DNA from: Candidatus Latescibacterota bacterium
GTDB lineage: Bacteria; Latescibacterota; UBA2968; GCA-2709665
Length of the DNA: 64,000 nt
Assembly (NCBI GenBank): GCA_965248435.1
Contig: OZ252100.1
Coordinates: 928,001 to 992,000 of the forward strand
Direction: 5' to 3'
Both the position numbers and the translations under genes were made by a program. Positions 40,223 to 50,190 of the stretch are shown one piece after another (within the stretch, counting starts at the first letter, position 1; each line of letters opens with the position of its first letter). The notes below the pieces were generated by a model. That model searched no databases. It was not told the DNA's origin and was given only the letters and a program-made list of their open reading frames with translations.

Positions 40223-41167
40223 CTACGCAATCGACACGATGCAGCGGAAGCCATGGTCATTGGTGTCACGGCTGTCGGGAGGGTAGAAGAGACGCTGTGC
40301 CCCTCGGCTCGTATACGCGGGGCTCAACCAGGCACCGCCTCGCATGACGCGAACAAAGTGGGCAGTTGGTGTCTCCGGTCCTTGCGGATCCCGGCTCGGG
40401 CTGCGCGTGTAGTAATTGGGGTCATGCCATTCGCGGCACCACTCGCGGACTTGGCCAGCCATGCCGACGACACCGCACCAGCTCTCGTCCTGTGGATATT
40501 CACTTGTTGGCGTCGGACCCTCAAGCTGCGCCACATGCTCTCCGAGCCAACAGGACTGGGGGAACGAGCCATCCGGGTTCCTGCTGCCTCCTCCATTGAG
40601 CCATTCCCGCCAATCGTCGTTGTCCGTGAAGTGCCGGCCTGCGAGTTCGTCAGCGCAGCGGCAAGTTCTCGGACGCCACTCGTTACCCCAGGGGAAAACC
40701 AGTCCTTCTGGCCCTCGGGCGGCGTACTCCCACTCTGCCTCGGTCGGTAGGCGCCCGCCGGCCCACTCGCAGTAAGCAGATGCGTCGTGCCAGTTGGCCG
40801 AACTGACCGGGAGCTCTTCGCTTCCAGCGATCGGGACACCGGCACTCCAGGCGCTGTTCCAGGGTCCATGCACCGTGGGATCGACTGGTGGCTCTCGATC
40901 CGTCTCTTGCATGAAGCGGTAGTATCGACCGATGGTGACGGGCTCGACGTACATCCAGAACCCACTGACCTCCACCGCGTGAAGGTCGAGCTCACCGACC
41001 CAACGATCGGTGCCAACCTGTGCGTCGAACCAACGCTTGTCCCAGTCGTACTTGGCCCAGAGGTTTTCCACGGCGTGACGCTCAGACCCCATGATGAACC
41101 TGCCATCGGGGACAAGAATCATTTCTGCCCCGTCTTGCGCGTTCACCCGCGTGCTAAACTCGTTCAC
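40223..41167 (-). CDS. formylglycine-generating enzyme (SUMF1) domain protein
   Basis: RLPTEAEWEYAARG, MAGQVREW, RGGAW, GFRC. Confidence 0.9.
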   Translation of the reverse strand: MNEFSTRVNAQDGAEMILVPDGRFIMGSERHAVENLWAKYDWDKRWFDAQVGTDRWVGELDLHAVEVSGFWMYVEPVTIGRYYRFMQETDREPPVDPTVHGPWNSAWSAGVPIAGSEELPVSSANWHDASAYCEWAGGRLPTEAEWEYAARGPEGLVFPWGNEWRPRTCRCADELAGRHFTDNDDWREWLNGGGSRNPDGSFPQSCWLGEHVAQLEGPTPTSEYPQDESWCGVVGMAGQVREWCREWHDPNYYTRSPSRDPQGPETPTAHFVRVMRGGAWLSPAYTSRGAQRLFYPPDSRDTNDHGFRCIVSIA

Positions 41168-41227
41168 TTAGGTTCTCCAGGCGGCGTGGGATGTTCTCGG
41201 GAGCCTTGTGATCAAAGCTGCACTTGC

Positions 41228-41272
41228 GGCTAACGTTCTCGCGGGCTGCGAATGCACCAAGCCGTGTTAGCC
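41228..41272 (-). repeat. internally deleted attC-like site (45 bp)
   Basis: GGCTAAC...GTTAGCC. Confidence 0.7.
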
Positions 41273-41347
41273 GCCGGCTGCACCTGCCCGCCTCTCTCGG
41301 CCCAAAAGATCAGGGCGCGAATGAAACGCGCACGATTACAATGGTTC

Positions 41348-42007
41348 TTACTTCTGCTTTCGCTGTGCAAAATGCTGACTGATCGCTGAAGCAGCTTCCT
41401 CTGCAAGCTCCTCTGGTGGTCGCAGGCCGTCCACCACCAAGTCTGCATTTGCACTTACCAGTTGCTGCCGAGAATAGAAATAGTGAAGTCCAACTTCCAA
41501 ATATCTACGTAGACTGGCAATAGCATCCGCGCCATTCGAGGCATCTCTCAATACCATTCGGGCAAGGGCGACATCTAAGGGAATGTCAATATGCACAACG
41601 TAGTCAATCAAAGAGCGAACTTCATCTCGGTCGCATCCCCAAGGCTCCTCTAAGAGAATGAATGGTGCTGGCTTGACACTTCTTCCTCCGTGATCTGGTG
41701 GTTGAACCGGCTTGCCCTCTTTCAGTGCTCGAAGGTCTTCGGCCAGTCGTGGACAAGTGAGACGCTGGTTTGGATCCCCACCATCCCCGAGCCAGCGCAG
41801 GAAACTCTTCTCCTCGGGTTCGCCGTCGTCATATGCCGAGAACCATTTTTGAGCCGAATCGTAGGTATCAAAGCATAGAAGCGTAGAGTCCCTTAGTCGC
41901 TGATGAATTTTCTCGACGAGAGTGGTCTTTCCTGCACCAGCTGGTCCACTTACCACAATTACGCGACTGTCGGCGTCCACTGATACATTCTCCGCAAAAG
42001 AGTTCAA
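41348..42007 (-). CDS. P-loop kinase (uridine-kinase-like)
   Basis: GPAGAGKT, ILLEEP, ALAR...RD. Confidence 0.75.
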   Translation of the reverse strand: MNSFAENVSVDADSRVIVVSGPAGAGKTTLVEKIHQRLRDSTLLCFDTYDSAQKWFSAYDDGEPEEKSFLRWLGDGGDPNQRLTCPRLAEDLRALKEGKPVQPPDHGGRSVKPAPFILLEEPWGCDRDEVRSLIDYVVHIDIPLDVALARMVLRDASNGADAIASLRRYLEVGLHYFYSRQQLVSANADLVVDGLRPPEELAEEAASAISQHFAQRKQK

Positions 42008-42134
42008 CTTACTTTTTGGGTTCTGCGCGTCCTCGCGTCTTTCTGGGTAGGGTGGGGCGATTTCTGCTAACGTTCCCGCCGTGCCGTTTCTATTATCAGG
42101 AAGGAGCTTGTTGGGTCTTCCTTCTTACTCTGAA

Positions 42135-43160
42135 TCAGACCTCCCGCTGCCGACTATTCTTGCCTCTCCAAGGCATTACCGGATGATCACCTCCGATTGC
42201 TGCCTTGACGACTGCATCCCAAATCTCAGACCCGTTCTGTCCGTTAGTCATTACCACAACTCCAGATCCGTTCTCCCTGGATGCTACAGCGAAATTCCTA
42301 AAGCCTTGAAACCATCCCCATTGCCAAAATGACTCACCGCTACAGCCGTGCTGAATACCCCACCCCAATCCCCAGGAAATGGTTTTGTTAATCCTCACAT
42401 GGGGCTGGACCATCATCTCTACATAGCCCTTGCCTAAGCCAGAGTTATCTCGCTCAGACGGGTGAATCATCTCCGCGAGGAAACGGGCATATTCCGAAGG
42501 AGTGGTGAATAGTGTGTTGGAAGCTAGGCTTCTGTCAGGCTTATAATCCTCCAGTGGTTTCCCCTTCTCATCGTGGCCTTTTGAGGCCGTGAGATTGTAG
42601 GTGTCTCTCCACAGGAAACTGCTGGAGGTCATTCTCAAAGGATCCAGAAATCGCTCCCTCATAAAATCTGCAAATCCCATGCCCGTTATGTGCTCCACAA
42701 CTCTTTGCATGTAGTCGTAACCTACGGATGAGTAAGAGAACTTAGACCCAGGTCTAAATCCAACGCTCCAGGGTGGCCGTCCGTGCGGAAGACCAGATGA
42801 ATGGGACAGCACCGTAGGTAGCGTGATCTGAGAGAGTAAAGGATCATCAGGGAGGAATGGGCTCGGAAGATACTCGTCGAGAGGCGTTTCAAGATTCAAC
42901 TGACCAGCCTCGCATAGAGTGAGTGCAGCATACGCCGCTGCAGGCTTGCTCAGCGAACAGGCGCAAAAGACGGTCTCGGGGGTCATCGGTTCGGCCGTAT
43001 GCGTGTTCTTGACTCCAAACCCCTCTGCCCAGACACATTCACCGTTCCTCAGGATTGCAACTGAGATTCCGGGAACATCGGTATCTTTGATAAACTTGAG
43101 GATTATCCGTTCAACTTCGCCCGCCAAATCTTGGATGGGCGTATCGAGCTTAGAACGCAC
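42135..43160 (-). CDS. serine hydrolase, beta-lactamase family
   Basis: SLSK, LSHSSG, YSS; GAGGAG RBS before GTG 43160; an attC arm at 43228 lies in the ORF-track extension. Confidence 0.85.
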   Translation of the reverse strand: MRSKLDTPIQDLAGEVERIILKFIKDTDVPGISVAILRNGECVWAEGFGVKNTHTAEPMTPETVFCACSLSKPAAAYAALTLCEAGQLNLETPLDEYLPSPFLPDDPLLSQITLPTVLSHSSGLPHGRPPWSVGFRPGSKFSYSSVGYDYMQRVVEHITGMGFADFMRERFLDPLRMTSSSFLWRDTYNLTASKGHDEKGKPLEDYKPDRSLASNTLFTTPSEYARFLAEMIHPSERDNSGLGKGYVEMMVQPHVRINKTISWGLGWGIQHGCSGESFWQWGWFQGFRNFAVASRENGSGVVVMTNGQNGSEIWDAVVKAAIGGDHPVMPWRGKNSRQREV

Positions 43161-43305
43161 AGGTCTCCTCTTGACTGAAAGATACTTACTAACCTTGTTG
43201 CTGAAATCTAGATCATAGAAGCATGCCGCATAACGATCCCGGCACGCGGAGCGTGGATCATCAGGAATCGGAGTCTGTCTGGGAACGATGCCACAAGTCC
43301 AGTCA

Positions 43306-43908
43306 TCAATCGGACTCAAGAAAGGGACGGTGATAGGGAATAGTGAGGAAGTCAGCGATTGCCTGCTCGTCCAGATCGACAGAATCGCCCTTTTCTAGAC
43401 GTTCGGTGATCTGAGACCCGCCAATGTTGAATGCGTCCACGAACTTCGGGGTTGTGCCGTCAAATAGGATGTTATCCGGATTCCAGTCCATGCCGGCGAA
43501 GTAGGGAAGACTGTCAGCCTGTCGCAGACCTTCTCTAAGAATATGGCAGAGCAGGCCTATTTCGGAGTCTGTCGCTTCGTCCTCCTCTAAGGCAGACCTC
43601 AGCATATCAAGGAATCCCTGGTACTCTTTTCGGTCACGTTTGGCGTACTTAGGCGTCTCGACAGTAAAGCCATTCCGCTGTAGCATTACTATGGATCGGA
43701 TTTGCGGCAGATTCCGATGGGGGTTCTCTCTGCATAGTCTAGCAAAGGTGAGATAGGCAGGATCGAATGGAGTGATCTTGACGACGTTGTCTGCGTGCGG
43801 AGTCTCGAAGACGAGCGACCAGTCGCCAGACGCGAGCTGCGTGTATCCCTCATCAAGGAGAGCGCGCGCGGCCTGCCTGTAGGTTAGTGACTCAAGATTC
43901 AATACCAT
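43306..43908 (-). CDS. hypothetical kinase-like protein
   Basis: VVKI, DWNPDNIL, FVD. Confidence 0.55.
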   Translation of the reverse strand: MVLNLESLTYRQAARALLDEGYTQLASGDWSLVFETPHADNVVKITPFDPAYLTFARLCRENPHRNLPQIRSIVMLQRNGFTVETPKYAKRDRKEYQGFLDMLRSALEEDEATDSEIGLLCHILREGLRQADSLPYFAGMDWNPDNILFDGTTPKFVDAFNIGGSQITERLEKGDSVDLDEQAIADFLTIPYHRPFLESD

Positions 43909-43953
43909 AATGTTTGGAATCTCGTGCGATGAAACAGCGATTTTCGGGCCTTG

Positions 43954-43983
43954 CGGCCTGAGCCGCGCACGGGCGTGTTAGGC
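43954..43983 (-). repeat. attC-like remnant
   Basis: ggcctgagccgcgcacgggcgtGTTAGGC. Confidence 0.6.
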
Positions 43984-43995
43984 GCCGGAGGTCCG

Positions 43996-44940
43996 TCAAT
44001 TATAGTCCAACAGTTCGACCGCAAGATCCTCAAGCGAAGCCGCCTTGGGGGGTCTAGGGGCTTGACGGATGAGCCAGTCAAGGGTGACATACCGATGAAG
44101 TAAGAAATTGGCGAGGAAACGGCACAGGAGTTGGGTTTTCTCAGCTTCTGCCGGTATACCATAGCCTCTGTAAAATGCACCTTGGCACCCGGGATCAAAC
44201 GTAGCGAAGAACTCCGCGTGAGAATCCCCGTAGAGTGCATCGCCAAAATCCAGAAGACCGACAACTCGCCATTGGTTTCCGCCTCCCTCGACCCTCCAGG
44301 CGCCCAGAGTCAACTCCGTATGCAGAACTCGCAAGTCGGAAGGGGTTGGGTTCGTGTATTCTTCCACAAACGTCGGAATCTGGCGAATCAAGGCGGGAGC
44401 TACCAGTGCCGTCTGATGCCTCTCAGAACATCTCTTGCTCTGCCTGGATACGAATCTACTCCAATCCTCGACAAGGGATGACAGTCCTCCAGGAGCCAAC
44501 TGGTGGACCGCCCGAACGATCCTCCCCATTTCTTCCAGCAGTTTCTTCTTTTCCCTGTCAGGTATCCTATTCCAACACTTGTCGAGAGATTCTCCCGGGA
44601 GGCGCTCAAGAAACAGATACCTCCATCCCTCCTCTTCACCATCTGCAACGAGTCGCGGCGTTGGGATCTCTGCATCATTAGCCGCCGCCAACAGTATCTC
44701 CTTCTCCACTTCGATCTTTTCGGGCCAAAGCGGCGGACACATCTTCAAGACAAGGCCATCACCCACGAAGTACGTGATTCCCGACTGACCCTCTGGAATC
44801 ATCCTGAGGTTATCCGAGTCTATGTCTCGACTTCGGCAGATTCCCGCAACGCCTTTCCGGTAATGCTCCTCACCGTGTGAAAAGGCATCGAACGCCTCAT
44901 CGCTTTCAAACATTGGGAAGATGCTTGCCATTGTGTTCAA
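43996..44940 (-). CDS. aminoglycoside/choline phosphotransferase-fold protein
   Basis: VLK, IPTPRL, LHTE, LLDFGD. Confidence 0.78.
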   Translation of the reverse strand: MNTMASIFPMFESDEAFDAFSHGEEHYRKGVAGICRSRDIDSDNLRMIPEGQSGITYFVGDGLVLKMCPPLWPEKIEVEKEILLAAANDAEIPTPRLVADGEEEGWRYLFLERLPGESLDKCWNRIPDREKKKLLEEMGRIVRAVHQLAPGGLSSLVEDWSRFVSRQSKRCSERHQTALVAPALIRQIPTFVEEYTNPTPSDLRVLHTELTLGAWRVEGGGNQWRVVGLLDFGDALYGDSHAEFFATFDPGCQGAFYRGYGIPAEAEKTQLLCRFLANFLLHRYVTLDWLIRQAPRPPKAASLEDLAVELLDYN

Positions 44941-44963
44941 GGACCTCTGGCGTAGATCGGGAT

Positions 44964-45458
44964 TCAGGATTCTTGCACGATACGCTTGATAAGATGAATG
45001 CTACGAATGGCCTCCTGAAATCCCACGGCTTTGTGAAACGCTTCACTCCCTCCATCTGTGAGCTCACAATCGCTGGCAATCTCTGAATAACCTTGGGCAC
45101 GAGCGTGAGTTTCAAGAGTCTGAACGAGCTGCGACCCAACACCAGATCCGCGCTCTTCTGGCCCAACATATATCCCCTCGATATACCAGATTGGAGAGCT
45201 TGTGGCCCCTTCGACGTAATCGGTTCTCAGTTCGGCATCCAGGAAGCCTACGTAACGACCATCCTCGGTCACACCCAAGAAAGTGATCGCCGTTCCTTCA
45301 CGCTGGCGCACTTTGTACCTTTTGAAATCCGCCCGATCTTTTGCATCGTCGTGTTCTTCCCAGAGGTCCTGTCGCATGACCGACCAAATCTTGAAGGTCG
45401 AACCGCTCAGCAACTCAGTCCCTATGTTCGTTTGTCTATGGGGCATGAAACCATCCAC
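44964..45458 (-). CDS. GNAT, aminoglycoside 6'-N-acetyltransferase type I-like
   Basis: LRTDYVEGATSSPIWYIEGIYV, EIASDC, FHKAVGF. Confidence 0.75.
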   Translation of the reverse strand: MDGFMPHRQTNIGTELLSGSTFKIWSVMRQDLWEEHDDAKDRADFKRYKVRQREGTAITFLGVTEDGRYVGFLDAELRTDYVEGATSSPIWYIEGIYVGPEERGSGVGSQLVQTLETHARAQGYSEIASDCELTDGGSEAFHKAVGFQEAIRSIHLIKRIVQES

Positions 45459-45502
45459 CTTGTGTTTCAGGCGCGACGGATTGGGAACCCCCTCGCCATG
45501 GC

Positions 45503-45523
45503 GTGTAACGTTCTGTGTTAGCA
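45503..45523 (-). repeat. collapsed attC-like site (cores only)
   Basis: GTGTAACgttctgtGTTAGCA. Confidence 0.55.
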
Positions 45524-45588
45524 GATAGCACGCGCCGGGGTCTGTTTTTCTTATTGTGTCTCACGATGGGCTTCACTTGCCGGAACTG

Positions 45589-48189
45589 TCACGCAGGATC
45601 CAGCAACGTTACGGTGCCCCGCGTTCCGTCTACATCGATCCGCCAGCCGTCGACCAGCCGCTTCATATCTGAGTGGGCGACCCTGACGATCGGCAGCCGG
45701 CATTCCCGCGCAATCTGCCCCACATGGTGCATCCACATCATCGGATGATCCAGAACAACAATCCCGCGAACTCGTAACATCAGCGAAAACAGGAACGGCA
45801 CCTCGGCGGCCCTCGACTGGATCGGCTCTACGATCACCACAACGTCCTCCGCACTGGCGTCATCTCCCTCCTTTAGTGTCTCGATCCGGCGTACGATTCC
45901 ATGATTTCGACCTGGACCGCCGGGCTTCCCGGTGATGACGGTGCCCCGATTAGTGTCGTCCACATCGGTGCTAGTCTCTGCCTCTACTTCCGACCCGTTC
46001 TGCGGAGGTGCCTTTCCCAGAAACGTCGGTGCGTCAAGGCGGTCCCAGCGCTCGTACTCCAACCGCCGCCGCTGCCACAACCGCCTTCCCGCTTCGATGT
46101 TGCCCGTTGCGCCGACGACCTTCAGATCCTCCACAGTGTAGTAGCCCACGTCTTCAAGGCTGTCGACGAGGTCAGCCCTCTGCAGGAACTTTTGCATCTC
46201 ACGAAAGAGCTGGGAGATTCGCCGTCCCGCTACAGTCGTCCAGGCTCGGTTGTTGAGAGCAGGACCCCAGAAGAGGGCCCAGTCATGGAGTCGCTTGAAA
46301 CGCTCAAGCGCCTCTGGCCGATCGGCCAGCCTCTTGCACACCTCGGCTGTGACGTGCTCCCGCCGTCGCGTGGCCTCCTCGTTCGCCTCCTTGATTCGTT
46401 GACCGCCCTTCAAAGCGTTCCGGATGAGCCTCAGAAAGTTAACCGTCTCCCACCTCTCATCGTGAGGGTCGGTCTGGAACTCACTAGGTGGTAACAACCC
46501 GTAGCGTCCGCAGTATTCATCGAGAGCTTCGATGAACGATGATGGTGCGTCTCCTGCCGTAAGGGCATTGACCCACTCCGACGAGCTTAGGTCTTCGAAT
46601 CGTTCGCGATCGGGTTCCAAAAGTTGAGCCATCTCCTCGGCCTCCGTTACCAGCATCTGCGGGAAGTAGGGATCCAGCTCTGCGTGATGGCCCAGCATCA
46701 GGTCGTTGACGTCGACGTCGGGCTGGTGCTGATCCACGAAACTGCGCAACAGATTCAGGCACGTACCGAACATCCCTTGCGAAGGTCCGCCCGTAATTGC
46801 GTAGATCTCCCACATCTCCTCGCGTGCCCAGAGCATCGTGTCGATCGCCTGCGCCAACGTATTTCCCTCGGTCGCCAGCCGCACGGCTTTCTGTTCAGAT
46901 GCGGGTAACCTGGTGTAGATGTCGTAGAGGTAGTCAGCTCGCATCCGCGGCTCGTAATCGATGAGATACTGCTCCCGCTGCGCTACCGGCACCTTTGGCC
47001 AGGCTTCATCCTGGATAACATAGCGATGCCCGTGGAAGTCCATTTCGGTTCCGGACGTCCGGTGCGTGGGCATCTCGACCGGACCCATTTGCAGGTACCG
47101 ATTGAACTTCTCCATGATCAGCGTGTCCCGGTAAAGGGGCGGCATCACCTTGCCTTTGATCGTGGAGAATGGGAAGTGCCACTGCTGAGCGGGGACCCAT
47201 GTCCGGTCCGCTAGGTGCGCCGGCAAATGATGCGGGAAGAATGGCGGCAGCGCCGTGATCGGCCGCACCTGCACGATGTGGATGTTATCCCCTTCCACAA
47301 CCCATTCGACATCGACACGGGCCTCGAAAGCACGATCGATCTGAAGACCTACCTGCGCGATCCGTGTCGCTATGTCGTTGGTGAGCGACGGCTCGGCTCG
47401 ACGTTCGGCGGGCACCGCAACGCTGTCTAGGCCATCGACAGATGGTACCAGAATCGTCCTTTTCAGCGCGATATGCCTTTCCAGGATCTCACCCGTATCC
47501 CACTCGAACGTGAAACGGTCGACTGGCATCGTACCCGTCGATGCCACGAGGTCACGGGCAAGACCAAATGACGACTCGACGGCAAACTGCCATGGGTTCC
47601 CTGTCTGTGGGTCAGCGGAGAACAGCACACCAGCACTATCGGCATTCACAAGCGTCTGCAGCAACACCGCCATCCCATCCATGTCAATGATGACCCCCAT
47701 CTTGCGGGCGTAGTCGATAGCCCGGGGCGACCAGGATCCGCACCAGCAGCGACGGATAGCCATCCAAACGTCTTCCTCGCACCGAAGCCCGAGAAAGCTG
47801 TCGTACACACCAGCGAAGCTCGCCACAGTTGAATCCTCGTGCACACCAGACGAGCGAACGGCCAGTCCGTAGGGGGCCTCGGCGAGTAGTGTTTCGACGA
47901 CTGGGCTAACTGCGTCGACCACGTTCGACGGGATGGGTGAGGTGAGCACTTGCTCGCAAAGTGCCTTATAGGCGCCAGCCTGCAACTCACGGCCGCGGTG
48001 GGGGGTACCGATCACACTTTGCGCCGCTTCCAGTAGGCCGGCTTCCTCGAGAAAGACACGGAGGACTTTTCTGGTGATGATGGCTCCCGCCGGGACGGAG
48101 AACCCGAGGTCTATAGCTCTGCCAAGATTGGCAGATTTCGCCCCGGTGAGTTCGGGATCAAGTCCCTTTTGGAGATCCATCGCGAGCAT
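45589..48189 (-). CDS. PEP-utilising/rifamycin-phosphotransferase-like enzyme
   Basis: GAKSANL, AVRSSGVHED..SFAG, QVRPIT, C-terminal HH..IARE swivel domain. Confidence 0.8.
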   Translation of the reverse strand: MLAMDLQKGLDPELTGAKSANLGRAIDLGFSVPAGAIITRKVLRVFLEEAGLLEAAQSVIGTPHRGRELQAGAYKALCEQVLTSPIPSNVVDAVSPVVETLLAEAPYGLAVRSSGVHEDSTVASFAGVYDSFLGLRCEEDVWMAIRRCWCGSWSPRAIDYARKMGVIIDMDGMAVLLQTLVNADSAGVLFSADPQTGNPWQFAVESSFGLARDLVASTGTMPVDRFTFEWDTGEILERHIALKRTILVPSVDGLDSVAVPAERRAEPSLTNDIATRIAQVGLQIDRAFEARVDVEWVVEGDNIHIVQVRPITALPPFFPHHLPAHLADRTWVPAQQWHFPFSTIKGKVMPPLYRDTLIMEKFNRYLQMGPVEMPTHRTSGTEMDFHGHRYVIQDEAWPKVPVAQREQYLIDYEPRMRADYLYDIYTRLPASEQKAVRLATEGNTLAQAIDTMLWAREEMWEIYAITGGPSQGMFGTCLNLLRSFVDQHQPDVDVNDLMLGHHAELDPYFPQMLVTEAEEMAQLLEPDRERFEDLSSSEWVNALTAGDAPSSFIEALDEYCGRYGLLPPSEFQTDPHDERWETVNFLRLIRNALKGGQRIKEANEEATRRREHVTAEVCKRLADRPEALERFKRLHDWALFWGPALNNRAWTTVAGRRISQLFREMQKFLQRADLVDSLEDVGYYTVEDLKVVGATGNIEAGRRLWQRRRLEYERWDRLDAPTFLGKAPPQNGSEVEAETSTDVDDTNRGTVITGKPGGPGRNHGIVRRIETLKEGDDASAEDVVVIVEPIQSRAAEVPFLFSLMLRVRGIVVLDHPMMWMHHVGQIARECRLPIVRVAHSDMKRLVDGWRIDVDGTRGTVTLLDPA

Positions 48190-48196
48190 GTGATCC

Positions 48197-48281
48197 TCTT
48201 GGCGTTCTCGGCACCCACGCGACTGCCGCAGCGGGTTGGGCGTAAGCCGAATGGCCTGAGCCGCGCACAGGCGTGTTATCT
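48197..48281 (-). repeat. attC-like site, one core mutated
   Basis: tggcgttctcggcacccacg...gagccgcgcacaggcgtGTTATCT. Confidence 0.75.
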
Positions 48282-48309
48282 GCCGTGCGCCTCAATTGCC
48301 CCAACGGCC

Positions 48310-48999
48310 TTATGAGACCTTCACGAACTCGGTCGCGAGTTGGAATGGGACTTGACGCCAGCGAGTGCGCCTGTGCTCGGATTCTTCTGGACCTGGTGGC
48401 GGCTCTAGAAGGGTGCGCAACATGAAACCAGAATCGGCAAATGCTTTCAAGTACTCGCTCATAGTCCGGTGGTAGTGGTACACCTTTACGCCTATCGTTG
48501 ACATCCCTTGATACATGACAACTCTGCCTGAGTCGAAGTACGTTTCGGCTTTTTCCCTCAAGACAGCGGAATAGGGATTGTTGAAGGATAGGACGGCGCG
48601 ACCTCCTGACTTCGTGACTGATCCCAGAGTGTTGATGAATCCCTTGTAGTCAGGCACGTCATTCAGCACGAAATGACTTGCGACCAGGTCGAAGTGACTT
48701 TCAAACTGTGGTAGTCCTTCACTGAGATCAGCGATCAAATACTCGACGGACCCTTCTTTCTTTTTGGCTTTTCCTACCAAGCTCGGAGAGATATCGACAG
48801 CTGTGACAGTCGCCCCCTTCTTCTCGAGCACCCGCGCAACGAATCCCTCTCCGCATCCAGCGTCCAACACGCGTAGCCCCTCAACGTCACCTATCAAGTC
48901 GAAGAACACTTCGTCTAGGTTCGACAGATGTTCCTCGTTTCGATACGAGATCATCGCCTCGTATTCTTCGGCGAACTCGTCGTACGTGTTCCGTTCCAT
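48310..48999 (-). CDS. class I SAM methyltransferase
   Basis: VLDAGCGEG. Confidence 0.88.
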   Translation of the reverse strand: MERNTYDEFAEEYEAMISYRNEEHLSNLDEVFFDLIGDVEGLRVLDAGCGEGFVARVLEKKGATVTAVDISPSLVGKAKKKEGSVEYLIADLSEGLPQFESHFDLVASHFVLNDVPDYKGFINTLGSVTKSGGRAVLSFNNPYSAVLREKAETYFDSGRVVMYQGMSTIGVKVYHYHRTMSEYLKAFADSGFMLRTLLEPPPGPEESEHRRTRWRQVPFQLATEFVKVS

Positions 49000-49048
49000 A
49001 TCTTCAATCTCACCTAAGAGGGGCCGCAACCTGTTTCAGGCGCATGGC

Positions 49049-49302
49049 AGGTAACGTTCTCGGCACCCACGAGCCTGGCGAACCCAGGTTTGGCGGAAAT
49101 GTCAGATCAGATCTTTAACCCCGCTCAATTTTCCCTGAATCCATCCCTATAGGTCGCTTCCTGAGGATCTCCTGGTAGTTCTCCTGAAATCTGACCCTTG
49201 ATATGGGTTGCGCGGAGATCGACCAAATTTCCCGATTTTGGCTGATATAGGGATGCTACCCGGGTTTTTGCCGGACCTGAGCCGCGCACGGGCGTGTTAG
49301 TG
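49049..49302 (-). repeat. attC-like site containing a ~170 bp insert
   Basis: AGGTAACgttctcggcacccacg...[insert]...gagccgcgcacgggcgtGTTAGTG. Confidence 0.75.
49124..49270. repeat. ~150 bp element, copy 1 (copy 2 at 59038-59185)
   Basis: Aligns with scattered substitutions; shared blocks such as gagatcgaccaaatttcccgattttggctga. Confidence 0.85.
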
Positions 49303-49363
49303 GGCGTGCTGTTGTTCCTCAGACTGAGAGCTGGGGAGTCTTTCGATGCCCAGGTCACCCTTG

Positions 49364-50071
49364 CTATGCTATCAGCAGCTCACAGATGTCATTGACGATG
49401 AGGTCAGGGTGAACTCGACCCATCGGTCTCTTCCGCTCCGGATTGTCCACCCAGATTGCGCTCATACCAAGCGACTTACTGCCTTCAACATCACGCCGAG
49501 GATGATCGCCGACGTAGACTATTTGTTTTGGTTCGACTTCGAAATGGTCGAGCGCAACTTGGAACAGGCGGGGGCTAGGTTTGAGACAGCCATAGTTCGA
49601 CGACCAAACCACGATCTCGAAACATTCGAGAATGCCTGCATCCTCAAGATTCTGTTCAAATCGCGGGGGACTTGCCCAGATATTGGATACAACCCCGAGC
49701 CTGTGCGTTTGAGCCAGTGAGTGCATGACTCGCCGATGGGGTTCTGAGATTGTCCCGGTCTCCTGAATCGCCACGAGATCATCCAGTAATGGCAACTCAG
49801 TCTCATGAATCTTGATGCCGTGCGGGATAGCCCGTACAGCCTCCTCAATTGACGGGAAGTTTGCCTCTCGCGACCGGGAGCTTTCAAGCATGTAGTGGCA
49901 AATCGTTTGGACGATTCGATGGAGCTCACCGGAAGATAGCCTGTTGCCCCCAAGAGACTGGTAGACTGACAGGTAATCTTCGTCTGGCCCAAATCGATCA
50001 TTCTCAAATATGAAGGTCTTACCCTGGTCGAAGAGGATTACATCGAAATCGTCCACAAATCTGTGAGCCAC
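49364..50071 (-). CDS. HAD family hydrolase
   Basis: FDQGKT, KPSP, VGD...D. Confidence 0.85.
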   Translation of the reverse strand: MAHRFVDDFDVILFDQGKTFIFENDRFGPDEDYLSVYQSLGGNRLSSGELHRIVQTICHYMLESSRSREANFPSIEEAVRAIPHGIKIHETELPLLDDLVAIQETGTISEPHRRVMHSLAQTHRLGVVSNIWASPPRFEQNLEDAGILECFEIVVWSSNYGCLKPSPRLFQVALDHFEVEPKQIVYVGDHPRRDVEGSKSLGMSAIWVDNPERKRPMGRVHPDLIVNDICELLIA

Positions 50072-50152
50072 TCACACACTCCTTCGGAACTGCTTCGGAA
50101 TCCGCGCCGGTCTTGCCCGCTATGACCGGCTTCTGGGTCTCATCTCAATGCC

Positions 50153-50181
50153 GCATAACGGTCTCGGCACCCACGAACCTT
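50153..50181 (-). repeat. attC-like remnant
   Basis: GCATAACggtctcggcacccacgaacc. Confidence 0.6.
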
Positions 50182-50190
50182 GTCTGACAG

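Noticed and set aside
49125-49358. 77 aa ORF across the attC insert
   Set aside because: Starts outside the element and runs through an attC arm; no evidence of coding
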